Notes: generated by a model from the sequence alone, not told the origin. Positions 1 to 8,689 are shown, counted from the stretch's first letter. The stretch is DNA of 24,862 bases from a virus (IMGVR_UViG_3300020460_000051:1-24862); one strand, 5' to 3'. Translations and numbers: made by a program.

Positions 1-117
1 GACTTATTTGTTATACACCCTGAATTTATAGTTGATCCTAACTTTCTAGAAGACTGTTCAATAATGTGTGTAAAAACACCGAGCGTAGTCGGTGATAAGT
101 ACGTGGTGAAAAGATGA
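1..117 (+). CDS. 3' end of a cupin-like protein (partial)
   Basis: Frame 1 is open from base 1: DLFVIHPEFIVDPNFLEDCSIMCVKTPSVVGDKYVVKR*. The stop overlaps the next ATG (ATGA). The 'D-F-I-P...F-EDC...VK-PS..GDKY' pattern resembles small cupins found in sugar-nucleotide clusters. Confidence 0.55.
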   Translation, partial: DLFVIHPEFIVDPNFLEDCSIMCVKTPSVVGDKYVVKR

Positions 118-551
118 AGATCATAGCACACAGAGGATTAGTAAATGGTCCTGATAAAAATAAAGAAAATACTCTACCAACAATTATGTCTGCCTTAGGA
201 CTAGGATTTGACGTTGAAGTTGATGTTTGGTTACAAAATAATCAATTAAAGCTAGGACACGATAAGCCAGGACCTACGGTTCCTAAATGGCTTTTTGAAA
301 ATAAAAAGGTGTGGTTTCATGCTAAAGATACCGGATCTCTTAAATATCTAGTTGAATGGGATAAGAGAGTTTTCTATCATACTAATGAAGATGTCGTAAT
401 GACATCAAAACGTGAATTATGGGCACTTCCAGGTAAGGGCTTCGATGGCTCATATATAGTACTACCAGAAAATACTGGAGAAAAAATTCTTAAAGGTACT
501 TTAGGAATATGCACTGACTATGCTATAAAATATAGGAGTATGTTTAAATGA
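114..551 (+). CDS. Glycerophosphodiester phosphodiesterase (GDPD)-like protein, minimal
   Basis: IIAHRG, ENT, GFDVEVDVW, LGHD and C-terminal GICTDY motifs of the GDPD/PLC-like barrel. Confidence 0.75.
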   Translation: MKIIAHRGLVNGPDKNKENTLPTIMSALGLGFDVEVDVWLQNNQLKLGHDKPGPTVPKWLFENKKVWFHAKDTGSLKYLVEWDKRVFYHTNEDVVMTSKRELWALPGKGFDGSYIVLPENTGEKILKGTLGICTDYAIKYRSMFK

Positions 552-1636
552 GAGTAATTATATCGATGGCAGGATTAGGTTCAAGGTTTACTGATGCTGG
601 TTATAAAACACACAAACCTTTAATTAAAGTAAACAATAAGAGCCTAATAAGATATACCGTTGAATCTTTAGGAATAAAGGGAGAGTACATATTTGTATGT
701 AGAGATCTAGGAGGATCATATTTAAACGATTTGGAAATGGAGCTTAAGGATATAAATACTTTTTCCTGTGCGCCAACGATAAAAGTAATTGATCATGTTA
801 CTACTGGTGCTGCGGAAACTGCGCTATATGGTCTAGAAGATAATTATAATGGTGAACTAATCGTAACTAACTGTGATCAGTATTTAGATTGGAATCCTGA
901 TATATTCTTAAAAGAAGCAAGACAGTATCAAGGTTGCGTACTAACTTATAAATCAGATAAGTTGAAAAATTCATTTGCTGAATCTATTAATGGCTATGTC
1001 AGAAAAATGACAGAAAAACCTGATAAACCTATAAAGGGCGGTGAGGCTTTGGTAGGTGTTCACTATTGGAGAAAAGCTAAAGACTTTAAAGAATCGACTC
1101 AAGATCTTCTTAAATCTTTCAGAGGTGAAACCTATGTATCTGAAACTTATAACTATCTAATAAAAAATAAAGCGTCTATAGGAACTAGCTCAATTGAACA
1201 GAACGGTATAGGCAAATACTGGTCAACAGGAACTCCTGAAGATCTTGCATTATTTAAGGGAATGATCTCAGAATACTATACTAAGAAAAATAATACATAC
1301 TTTATAGATTTGGATGGAACAATATTTACTCACGCTCATCGATATTCAAATCTTAAAAATTCTGCAAAACTTCTTCCTGGTGTCAAGGAAACTCTTGATG
1401 AACTGGATTCAAGAGGAGATACCATAATCTTAGTGTCTGCTAGGAAAGAAGGTGCTAGAAAATTTACAGAACAAATACTAGAAGATAACCTAATACCCTA
1501 TGATCAACTGATACTTGGAGTGTCACAAGGCTGTAGAGTTGTAATTAATGATATACTCACTCCCAACTGCTTACCGCGAGCTAGGGCAGTAAATGTTCAG
1601 GTTGATAAAGGATGGAGAACAGAGGACTTAGCATGA
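548..1636 (+). CDS. Sugar-phosphate nucleotidyltransferase (NTP_transferase) fused to a C-terminal HAD-family phosphatase
   Basis: N-terminal MAGLGSRF...KPLI, then TTGAAET, NCDQ, EK and GTPEDL. The C-terminal domain has FIDLDGTI (HAD motif I), VSAR and IND. Confidence 0.8.
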   Translation: MRVIISMAGLGSRFTDAGYKTHKPLIKVNNKSLIRYTVESLGIKGEYIFVCRDLGGSYLNDLEMELKDINTFSCAPTIKVIDHVTTGAAETALYGLEDNYNGELIVTNCDQYLDWNPDIFLKEARQYQGCVLTYKSDKLKNSFAESINGYVRKMTEKPDKPIKGGEALVGVHYWRKAKDFKESTQDLLKSFRGETYVSETYNYLIKNKASIGTSSIEQNGIGKYWSTGTPEDLALFKGMISEYYTKKNNTYFIDLDGTIFTHAHRYSNLKNSAKLLPGVKETLDELDSRGDTIILVSARKEGARKFTEQILEDNLIPYDQLILGVSQGCRVVINDILTPNCLPRARAVNVQVDKGWRTEDLA

Positions 1637-2835
1637 ACCATACTTACGCTAGCATAGTTCCACTGATAGGTGGAGAAACTATTGCAATGCAAAACGTCTT
1701 TGGAAAAAAACCTGAATATATTTTAAGCTATGAAGATTTTAAAGCAAATGATAATCACCTTGTGGAATACTATAAAAGAGAAGTTCCCTATCATCTTATT
1801 GGAAGTGATAGGTTACCTGACGTTCCTTCTGTCGATGTTATTAACACCGTGTGTCCTTGTGCTGGTTTGTCTAGCCTCAATACTTCAGCATCTTCTGATT
1901 CTTCTACTAATGATTGGATGCGCACTTCAGCCACTCATGTCCTGGGTACACTCAAGCCTAAAGTATTCTGGGGCGAAAACGCACCAAGACTTGCTTCAAA
2001 GATGGGAGAACCAGTTGTCAAAGATTTACGAGAAATTGGAAAAAAATACGGATACACTTTTTCACTATATAAAACGAAATCTATTCTTCATGGATTAGGG
2101 CAGGTAAGAGATAGAGCATTCTACTTCTTTTGGAAAGGTGATAAGATACCTCCATTTGACTACTTTAAAAGAAAGCATAAGCCGATTGAAGATACGATAA
2201 GAAGTGTAACTAGAGATCCAAATGATCCTATGAATGTTTTAGCAAACGAAAAGACTCCTACCGATAATCCCTACTATCAATTTGTGTTAAAAGAAATGTG
2301 TGGTGGAATGACACACAAAGAGTTCCAGAGAAGTTTAACGAAAACGATGAATGCTATGGATTATATTGAAGAACATGGTGTTAAATATAATAGAGTCTCA
2401 TCATGGTTTATGGAGAACGGATACATCAAACAATCCGATAAAGCAATGGAAATTCATAAGAAACTGGAACAAGGCAACAACATAATGAGAAGACTAGTTA
2501 CTATTCCTAAAGACTATATAGGAGCCTTTGTTGGTCATATGCCACTAGAACTCACACATCCAGATGAAGACAGGTTTCTAACTATTAGAGAATGTTTAAC
2601 TATTATGGGTTTACCTGATGATTTCCAACTGCAAGGAGGAAAGAAGAATATTAACCATATATGCCAAAATGTTCCAGTAGGAACAGCATCAGATATGGCG
2701 GATCAAGTTTTAAAATTTGTAGATGGAAGACTGGATAACCAATTAATAGACGCTGAATTTATAGTTCAATGTAACAAATCAAGAAATGTAAGCTATGAAA
2801 AAACTGGTTTACAATTAGATGAATTTATGGTATAA
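1633..2835 (+). CDS. DNA (cytosine-5)-methyltransferase, phage type
   Basis: PCAGLS (motif IV), ENA (VI), QVRDR (VIII), RFLTIRECLTIMGLP (IX), QNVP (X). Motif I is atypical (SIVPLIGG). Start placed at ATG 1633, overlapping the upstream TGA, with GAGGA upstream. Confidence 0.85.
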   Translation: MNHTYASIVPLIGGETIAMQNVFGKKPEYILSYEDFKANDNHLVEYYKREVPYHLIGSDRLPDVPSVDVINTVCPCAGLSSLNTSASSDSSTNDWMRTSATHVLGTLKPKVFWGENAPRLASKMGEPVVKDLREIGKKYGYTFSLYKTKSILHGLGQVRDRAFYFFWKGDKIPPFDYFKRKHKPIEDTIRSVTRDPNDPMNVLANEKTPTDNPYYQFVLKEMCGGMTHKEFQRSLTKTMNAMDYIEEHGVKYNRVSSWFMENGYIKQSDKAMEIHKKLEQGNNIMRRLVTIPKDYIGAFVGHMPLELTHPDEDRFLTIRECLTIMGLPDDFQLQGGKKNINHICQNVPVGTASDMADQVLKFVDGRLDNQLIDAEFIVQCNKSRNVSYEKTGLQLDEFMV

Positions 2836-2836
2836 T
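2807..2836 (+). promoter_or_regulatory. T4-type early/sigma70 promoter
   Basis: GTTTACA (2807-2813), 17 nt spacer, TATAAT (2831-2836) with extended TG, and an A-tract upstream. Confidence 0.75.
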
Positions 2837-2855
2837 GTTAAAAAGGAGATTTGCC

Positions 2856-2957
2856 TTGGAAAGAAAAAGACTAACAAACAATATTATAATTGGAGTAACA
2901 CTAGGTTTGCTCGCAGTTTTAATTGATATTTACCTTATACCAGGAGGAATGTATTAA
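2856..2957 (+). CDS. Small single-pass membrane protein (33 aa; not in ORF track)
   Basis: AGGAG then TTG start; MERKRLTNNIIIGVTLGLLAVLIDIYLIPGGMY*. The stop overlaps the uvsX ATG (TAATG). Confidence 0.6.
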   Translation: MERKRLTNNIIIGVTLGLLAVLIDIYLIPGGMY

Positions 2958-3943
2958 TGTCAATAATGGATAAACTAAAAACTAACTCAAAGATAAAAGA
3001 GTCACAAGTACTCGCAGAATCTAAATTCTTCACTGAATCTGATATGGTACCAACTGATGTACCTATGATAAACGTAGCTTTATCTGGTTCAATGGATGGA
3101 GGATTGGCTCCAGGCCTAACAGTGTTGGCCGGCCCTTCAAAACACTTCAAGACATCATTCGGTTTAATTATGGCGAGCGCATATCTTAAAAAATACGATG
3201 AATCAGTATTATTATTTTATGATTCAGAGTTTGGTTCACCGCAATCTTACTTTGAAAATTTTGATATTGATACTAATAGAGTTCTACATACACCTGTTAC
3301 AAACGTAGAAGAATTAAAATTTGATATAATCAGTCAGCTAGAACAATTGGATAGAAAAGATAAAGTAGTTATAATGATAGATTCGATCGGTAATCTTGCG
3401 TCAAAGAAAGAATTGGAAGATGCGATCAATGAAAAATCAGTAGCCGATATGTCAAGAGCTAAAGCGCTTAAAGGTTTATTTAGAATGTGCACGCCTTACT
3501 TAAACATGAAAGATATACCATTAATCGCTGTCAACCATACCTATCAAGAAATAGGTCTATTTCCAAAGGCTGTTGTTTCAGGTGGAACAGGAATATACTA
3601 TTCAGCCGATAATATATGGATCTTAGGTAGGCAACAAGATAAAAAAGGACAGGACATTCAAGGCTACCACTTTGTAATTAACGTGGAGAAATCAAGATAT
3701 GTTAAAGAAAAATCTAAAATACCTATTACCGTTTCTTGGGAAGGTGGCGTCCAAAATTATTCTGGCCTTCTTGATGTTGCCATTGATGCTGGGTATTGTA
3801 ATAAGCCTTCCCCTGGATGGTATTCGATTAAAGACAGTGATAAGAGAGTCAGATACGATGAAACCCTTACCAAAGAATTCTGGGATCCTGTACTTAGCCA
3901 AACTGATTTTAAGGAATACCTAAAGAAAAAATTCTCAATATGA
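2957..3943 (+). CDS. uvsX: RecA-like recombinase UvsX
   Basis: Walker A GPSKHFKTS, YDSEFG, IDSIGNLASKKE, DMSRAK, GGTGIYYSA; lies upstream of gp40-gp41 as in T4. Confidence 0.95.
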   Translation: MSIMDKLKTNSKIKESQVLAESKFFTESDMVPTDVPMINVALSGSMDGGLAPGLTVLAGPSKHFKTSFGLIMASAYLKKYDESVLLFYDSEFGSPQSYFENFDIDTNRVLHTPVTNVEELKFDIISQLEQLDRKDKVVIMIDSIGNLASKKELEDAINEKSVADMSRAKALKGLFRMCTPYLNMKDIPLIAVNHTYQEIGLFPKAVVSGGTGIYYSADNIWILGRQQDKKGQDIQGYHFVINVEKSRYVKEKSKIPITVSWEGGVQNYSGLLDVAIDAGYCNKPSPGWYSIKDSDKRVRYDETLTKEFWDPVLSQTDFKEYLKKKFSI

Positions 3944-4287
3944 AAGATTTAAAGTTTACTACTGCAGGAGAGTATATGTCACCGCCGAAAGAATATGAAG
4001 AGAATATAGATTATGAATTAGTACCCGTTGATGGTAATGATGTAGGTTGGAATATTAGAATATTAGTAGGACAGTTTACTGAAACAGTTATAAGATTTGG
4101 AAATCTTGCAGCTAATGAAAAAGAAGGTCATCTCAGTTTTAATTTTAAAGTTATTGAATCTCCTGATTCTGAATTAAATGAAACAAATACTGAATTACAA
4201 GAAGAAGCCGGTAAGATATTAAATTCGATTATAGCAAGAGGATTACAAGATGGTTCAGTAGTAACAACAGAAAGAACTAAGAATTGA
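3940..4287 (+). CDS. gp40-like head vertex assembly chaperone
   Basis: Acidic 115-aa protein between uvsX and the helicase, which is the T4 gp40 position. Alternative start at 3976 after AGGAG. Confidence 0.6.
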   Translation: MKDLKFTTAGEYMSPPKEYEENIDYELVPVDGNDVGWNIRILVGQFTETVIRFGNLAANEKEGHLSFNFKVIESPDSELNETNTELQEEAGKILNSIIARGLQDGSVVTTERTKN

Positions 4288-5654
4288 ATACAAATTTAGA
4301 ACAAATAATATTAAGAAACTTATTGACTGATGAAAGTTTCATGAGGAAGGTTCTACCTTTCATAAAGCCTGATTATTTTGAAGGAGTGTATAGAATCCTA
4401 TTTAAAGAAGCAGGTAAATTTGTCGGGAAGTACAATAAGCTTCCTACGGTTGAGTCATTTAAAATTGAAGTAGACCAATCAGATAATTTCAGTAAAGAAC
4501 ATTATAAACACGCAATAGAAATACTGCCAAATCTCTTCAGTAAAGAAAAGATAGATGAAAAATGGTTACTGGACTCAACTGAAAAATGGTGTCAAGATCG
4601 AGCAGTATATAACGCCATAATGGAATCTATCCAGATAATAGATGGAAAACACTCAACTTTAACAAAGGGTGCCTTACCTAACATATTACAAAAGGCTTTA
4701 GGAGTTTGCTTTGATGCTAATGTAGGTCATGATTATATTGAAAACATAAACGAAAGGTTTGATTTTTATCATGCCGATGAAGAGAAAATACCTTTTGATT
4801 TAGAATACTTCAATAAGATAACCAAAGGCGGTATACCGAATAAGACTTTAAATATATGCTTAGCCGGTACTGGTGTAGGTAAGTCATTATTCATGTGTCA
4901 TGTAGCAGGATCTGCTCTGGTGCAAGGATACAATGTTCTATATGTAACATTGGAAATGGCAGAAGAAAGAATAGCTGAAAGAATTGATGCTAACCTATTG
5001 AATATTCCTATCGATCAAATTCCTAATCTATCTAAGGATATGTTCTCATCTAAGGTTCAAGATCTTGCTAGGAAAACTCAAGGCAAGCTCATCATTAAAG
5101 AATATCCGACCGGTCAAGCAAATACTTCTCACATGAGGTCATTGATAAACGAGCTCAAGTTAAAGAAAGATTTTGATCCGGATATAATATTCGTTGATTA
5201 CTTGAATATCATGGCATCATCTCGAGTCAAATCCATGGGTGGAGCGATAAACTCATACACATATATAAAAACTATAGCTGAAGAATTAAGAGGCTTGGCT
5301 GTTGAGTTCGATGTACCAATATTTTCTGCCACTCAAACTACAAGGTCAGGATATACCAACTCCGATATCGGTCTTGAAGATACATCTGAAAGCTTCGGTT
5401 TACCTGCAACTGCTGATCTCATGTTTGCAATCATATCGACCGAAGAACTTGAAAATATGGGACAGCTTCTAGTAAAGCAGCTAAAGAACAGGTATAATGA
5501 TCCTGTAAAAAACAAGAGATTTGTCGTAGGTGTTGATAGGTCCAAAATGAGATTATTTGACATAGAAGAAAGTGAACAAGATAACTTAGTTGATGATACG
5601 CCTGTCTTTGATAAAACTAAAGCAGGTGAAAAGTTCAAAGATTTTAAGCTGTAA
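4284..5654 (+). CDS. 41: Replicative DNA helicase gp41 (DnaB-like)
   Basis: TTG start; LAGTGVGKSLFMCH (Walker A), TLEMAEERIAERIDAN, IIKEYPT, FVDYLNI, ATQTTRSG, SESFGLPATAD, KQLKNRYND. Confidence 0.95.
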   Translation: MNTNLEQIILRNLLTDESFMRKVLPFIKPDYFEGVYRILFKEAGKFVGKYNKLPTVESFKIEVDQSDNFSKEHYKHAIEILPNLFSKEKIDEKWLLDSTEKWCQDRAVYNAIMESIQIIDGKHSTLTKGALPNILQKALGVCFDANVGHDYIENINERFDFYHADEEKIPFDLEYFNKITKGGIPNKTLNICLAGTGVGKSLFMCHVAGSALVQGYNVLYVTLEMAEERIAERIDANLLNIPIDQIPNLSKDMFSSKVQDLARKTQGKLIIKEYPTGQANTSHMRSLINELKLKKDFDPDIIFVDYLNIMASSRVKSMGGAINSYTYIKTIAEELRGLAVEFDVPIFSATQTTRSGYTNSDIGLEDTSESFGLPATADLMFAIISTEELENMGQLLVKQLKNRYNDPVKNKRFVVGVDRSKMRLFDIEESEQDNLVDDTPVFDKTKAGEKFKDFKL

Positions 5655-5851
5655 TGGAAACATACGAAAAGATTCCACAAAAACCATTCTTCGAAAAATA
5701 CCACTTAGATTGTATTAACAATCCAAAGTGGGTCAAGAGAATTATGAAAGAACAAGGATTGTCATTTAACTATCCTAAGCAATTAGAAAAAAATTTACTA
5801 TTACAGGCGTACGCCGATTGGAGAAGAAAATATGGGAAAGAGAAGATCTAG
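5654..5851 (+). CDS. Hypothetical protein
   Basis: Start overlaps the gp41 stop (TAATG); 65 aa. Confidence 0.55.
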   Translation: METYEKIPQKPFFEKYHLDCINNPKWVKRIMKEQGLSFNYPKQLEKNLLLQAYADWRRKYGKEKI

Positions 5852-6077
5852 TAATGATTCATATAAATCAAAAGGTGAAAGACCAAATGTATCTAAGAAA
5901 TGGACTAAACTCGTTAAAAGAGAAAGATCTTATGGTGATAGATTAGATGCTCAGTTCGAAGCTTTTCAAAAATTAAAGAATGTTATTCTTACAGTTCCTA
6001 ATCCAAGTAAGAATACAACGAACAAAAGATTTATAAAGGTTCCTGCCTCAGAATACTGGAAACCTACAAAATCTTAA
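5832..6077 (+). CDS. Hypothetical basic protein
   Basis: GGAG upstream; 81 aa; continues the operon. Confidence 0.65.
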   Translation: MGKRRSSNDSYKSKGERPNVSKKWTKLVKRERSYGDRLDAQFEAFQKLKNVILTVPNPSKNTTNKRFIKVPASEYWKPTKS

Positions 6078-6115
6078 TAAATAATAGAATATTTTCATTT
6101 TAAATGAAAAAAACT

Positions 6116-6145
6116 GTTTACATTGCTGTTAAACTGTGATAGAAT
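6116..6145 (+). promoter_or_regulatory. T4-type early promoter
   Basis: GTTTACA (6116-6122), 17 nt spacer, TAGAAT (6140-6145) with TG extension; A-rich upstream; GAGGAG RBS before 6171. Confidence 0.8.
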
Positions 6146-6170
6146 AAAACTTATAGCAGAGGAGTAGGTT

Positions 6171-6680
6171 ATGAGATCAATTATATTATCAGTTTTTATT
6201 ATCTTTTCATTAGTAACATCAGTTCGTGCTGAGTTCTATGATAGCAAACAATTATTATGTATTGCACAAAATATTTATTGGGAAGCTAGAAACCAACCAT
6301 TTCGTGGTATGGTAGCAGTAGGACAAGTCACGATGAATAGAGTTAAGGATAAGAGATTTCCTGATACTCCATGTGAAGTTGTAGAACAAGGTCCTACTAA
6401 ACCTTCTTGGAAGGATCCTTCAATAGAATATCCAGTTAGACATCGGTGTCAGTTCAGCTGGTACTGTGATGGTAAGTCAGATGAAATTCCAAAGATTGAT
6501 GCAGACCTTTGGAATTATGTCTTAGCTATGTCTACTAAAATAGCATCTGGTTATTGGGCAGATATAACACATGGTGCTACACACTATCATGCTGACTACG
6601 TTACACCAGGCTGGGCTAAGAGCAAACACAAGACTGCAAAGATAGGAGATCACATATTTTATATTTGGAAAATTAGATAA
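6171..6680 (+). CDS. SleB/Hydrolase_2-family cell wall hydrolase (lytic transglycosylase) with signal peptide
   Basis: CIAQNIYWEARNQ (catalytic Glu), AVGQVTMNRV, CQFSWYCDGK, GATHYHADYVTPGW, IGDHIFY; hydrophobic N-terminus ending VRA. Confidence 0.9.
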   Translation: MRSIILSVFIIFSLVTSVRAEFYDSKQLLCIAQNIYWEARNQPFRGMVAVGQVTMNRVKDKRFPDTPCEVVEQGPTKPSWKDPSIEYPVRHRCQFSWYCDGKSDEIPKIDADLWNYVLAMSTKIASGYWADITHGATHYHADYVTPGWAKSKHKTAKIGDHIFYIWKIR

Positions 6681-6892
6681 TGGAAAAACATGATCCAGAC
6701 GCAATATATCCAAACACTATAAAATATACAGATAAAGAAACGGTATATTGTGATAACGATCATCCTAGAGTTTATTATAATGTACCTAAAGAAGGGTATG
6801 TAGTTTGTGGTTACTGTGATATAAAATTTATGAATAAAGAAAATGTTAAATCAGAAATGATTAAAGGTATACTAAAAAATGAGGTTATTTGA
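6680..6892 (+). CDS. zf-CHCC zinc-finger protein (NDUFS6/NUMM-like)
   Basis: C-D-x-x-HPRVY...CGYC pattern. Confidence 0.75.
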   Translation: MEKHDPDAIYPNTIKYTDKETVYCDNDHPRVYYNVPKEGYVVCGYCDIKFMNKENVKSEMIKGILKNEVI

Positions 6893-7226
6893 TATGTTAG
6901 TAAAACAAGACGTTGAAAGAATTAAGGATGATCAAAAAGTAGTCGATCTTCCTAAGATAGATTATAAATTCAGTGAAGATAAGAATATACACTTAATAAA
7001 AGATCATATTGATGATACATATAAAGCTCACTACTCAGAGAATAAATTTCAAGCTACTGAATTCATATTAGACAGTGGACACGGTACAGGATTCTGTATA
7101 GGAAATATTCTTAAGTATGCTCAAAGATATGGTAAAAAGGGAAATCGAGAAGATCACAGAAATGATCTTATGAAAATAATTCATTACGCAATTATTCAAT
7201 TGCACGTGCACGATAATTATAAATAA
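6879..7226 (+). CDS. DUF3310-like protein
   Basis: HY...GFCIGNILKYAQRYGKKG...DLMKIIHYA signature. Confidence 0.75.
   Translation: MRLFDMLVKQDVERIKDDQKVVDLPKIDYKFSEDKNIHLIKDHIDDTYKAHYSENKFQATEFILDSGHGTGFCIGNILKYAQRYGKKGNREDHRNDLMKIIHYAIIQLHVHDNYK
7218..7225 (+). promoter_or_regulatory. T4 late promoter (gp55-type)
   Basis: Exact TATAAATA about 30 nt upstream of an AAGGAG-led ATG at 7257. Confidence 0.6.
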
Positions 7227-7256
7227 TACTAATATTATGAAATAAGGAGAAAAATT

Positions 7257-7379
7257 ATGGATTTTACTACAGCTTGGAATGAGCTTACTTATATCGACGG
7301 CATACTATTTACTGTATGGCTAGGAATTCTATATTATGGTAAATGTAGAATTGATCACCACTTCAAGTGGAAAGATTAA
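7257..7379 (+). CDS. Small membrane protein (40 aa; not in ORF track)
   Basis: AAGGAG RBS; MDFTTAWNELTYIDGILFTVWLGILYYGKCRIDHHFKWKD*. Confidence 0.65.
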   Translation: MDFTTAWNELTYIDGILFTVWLGILYYGKCRIDHHFKWKD

Positions 7380-7380
7380 A

Positions 7381-7466
7381 GGTGGGGAACCAGCCTGGTC
7401 GTGCACGACGTTTCGTAGCAGTTAGTTTAAGTCCATAGCTACCGAAATGGTTTCATTTCAAAGGAG
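7381..7466 (+). ncRNA. Candidate structured RNA / leader element (unassigned)
   Basis: GC-enriched intergenic segment that folds by eye into a three-way junction ending next to the AAGGAG RBS. No family recognised. Confidence 0.35.
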
Positions 7467-7471
7467 AAGAA

Positions 7472-7615
7472 ATGAACCTAGAAGAAAGAGTGTCAATGAT
7501 TAAAATGAGAATAGATAAATTTAAAAAAGACTATTCACATATATTTAAACCGTCAGTTTACGAAAAACGAATTTGGAGTTACGAGGATAATTGTTTTTAT
7601 GCGCCGAAAGAATAA
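7472..7615 (+). CDS. Hypothetical protein (47 aa; not in ORF track)
   Basis: AAGGAG RBS; MNLEERVSMIKMRIDKFKKDYSHIFKPSVYEKRIWSYEDNCFYAPKE*. Confidence 0.6.
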   Translation: MNLEERVSMIKMRIDKFKKDYSHIFKPSVYEKRIWSYEDNCFYAPKE

Positions 7616-7790
7616 CATAACGAGTCAGTACATAGATACTAGAATACTACAACTTAAAGAAGATCATGACAAGGCTAAAGATCCTCATGATCAAAAGTGG
7701 TACAATCGACTGATCCAAGAATTAGAATGGGCTAGGCAGGCTGTATCAGGTAAATTTGAAAAAGATTGCGCCTTGGAGATTTGGAAATGA
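7599..7790 (+). CDS. Hypothetical protein
   Basis: GAGGA upstream; tight packing with neighbours. Confidence 0.6.
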   Translation: MRRKNNITSQYIDTRILQLKEDHDKAKDPHDQKWYNRLIQELEWARQAVSGKFEKDCALEIWK

Positions 7791-7978
7791 TTGCGATAGT
7801 TATGATGGCAGGTTTATTCACCTGGGAAAATATAGAATTCTTTAATACTTCTAGACAACAAATGAGTGAAGGATATAAATGGGAATATGTCGGAAAATCC
7901 AATACAGTCGGTGTTCCTGACTTACCTTTAATCAATCCTAGAACAGATGAGGAGACAATTTACTTTAAATTGAAATAA
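7787..7978 (+). CDS. Hypothetical protein with hydrophobic N-terminus
   Basis: GGAG at 7775 and an ATGA overlap favour a start at 7787 over 7766. Confidence 0.6.
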   Translation: MIAIVMMAGLFTWENIEFFNTSRQQMSEGYKWEYVGKSNTVGVPDLPLINPRTDEETIYFKLK

Positions 7979-7983
7979 ACATT

Positions 7984-8250
7984 ATGAAATTTTTTATATT
8001 AGCTCTAATGAGCGTGATGTATACGGATCCTTCCACTAAGTTGAGTTACGAACAATACTTCGTATTTCACACCCCGCACTTCTATTCCATAGATGACTGT
8101 AAAGAATTTGCCAGAGAAAATACTGACATACTTTACTATAAGATATTTCAAGAATATGGATTGTCAAATTCTCCTAAAATGATATCCTGCGTTGATGAAG
8201 AAGTTATAAAAGTTATATTAAACGAACAAAAAGAAAGATTGAGCACATGA
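7984..8250 (+). CDS. Hypothetical exported/membrane protein
   Basis: Hydrophobic N-terminus; two Cys. Confidence 0.6.
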   Translation: MKFFILALMSVMYTDPSTKLSYEQYFVFHTPHFYSIDDCKEFARENTDILYYKIFQEYGLSNSPKMISCVDEEVIKVILNEQKERLST

Positions 8251-8666
8251 GAAACTTTGAATTTTATATAGGATCGATAGTATTATTTACTATTATATTG
8301 ACAGTATTAATAGTTGGAAAATCTTTCGGTGAAGATAATACGACATATGAAACTATGAACCCTAAATCCTTAGCTTATATAAACAAGGAGTTAGTTTGTG
8401 AAGAACTAGAAAGCGCTATGAACTTTTCACATGATGTACTAGGACAGAAACCGCTATTTAAATGGGAAGATGTTACTAATGATGTCACGTTTATGATGAT
8501 GTTCAATACCAAATCTGGTGAATTTACTGTCTTTTCAAAACCTTCTAATATAGATACGAATATAATATGCTGGGAGTCACAAGGTGATAATATGCACGTT
8601 TATATAGATGTATTTAAAGAATTTGTTGGAAAATACCAAAGCTATATCTTCGGAACTGGTACCTAG
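8247..8666 (+). CDS. Hypothetical membrane-anchored protein
   Basis: N-terminal TM segment; ATGA overlap. Confidence 0.65.
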   Translation: MRNFEFYIGSIVLFTIILTVLIVGKSFGEDNTTYETMNPKSLAYINKELVCEELESAMNFSHDVLGQKPLFKWEDVTNDVTFMMMFNTKSGEFTVFSKPSNIDTNIICWESQGDNMHVYIDVFKEFVGKYQSYIFGTGT

Positions 8667-8671
8667 AATAC

Positions 8672-8689
8672 TGTGACATTTATATCACA
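8672..8689. promoter_or_regulatory. Palindromic operator-like site TGTGA-N8-TCACA (copy 1)
   Basis: TGTGACATTTATATCACA; a near-identical inverted copy is at 10017-10034. Confidence 0.5.

Noticed and set aside
751-758. TATAAATA inside the NTP-transferase gene
   Set aside because: It is mid-CDS and far from any start; chance occurrence is plausible in AT-rich DNA.
6092-6110. Perfect AT-rich inverted repeat TTTTCATTT-T-AAATGAAAA just upstream of the 6116 promoter
   Set aside because: It has no loop or GC stem, so it is not a credible terminator. It may simply be an UP element, and no clear second copy was found.
7381-7466. Possible tRNA, SAM-II/V riboswitch or hammerhead ribozyme
   Set aside because: No cloverleaf, T-loop or CCA; no CUGAUGA core; no convincing SAM-II/V consensus. 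Kept only as an unassigned structured RNA.
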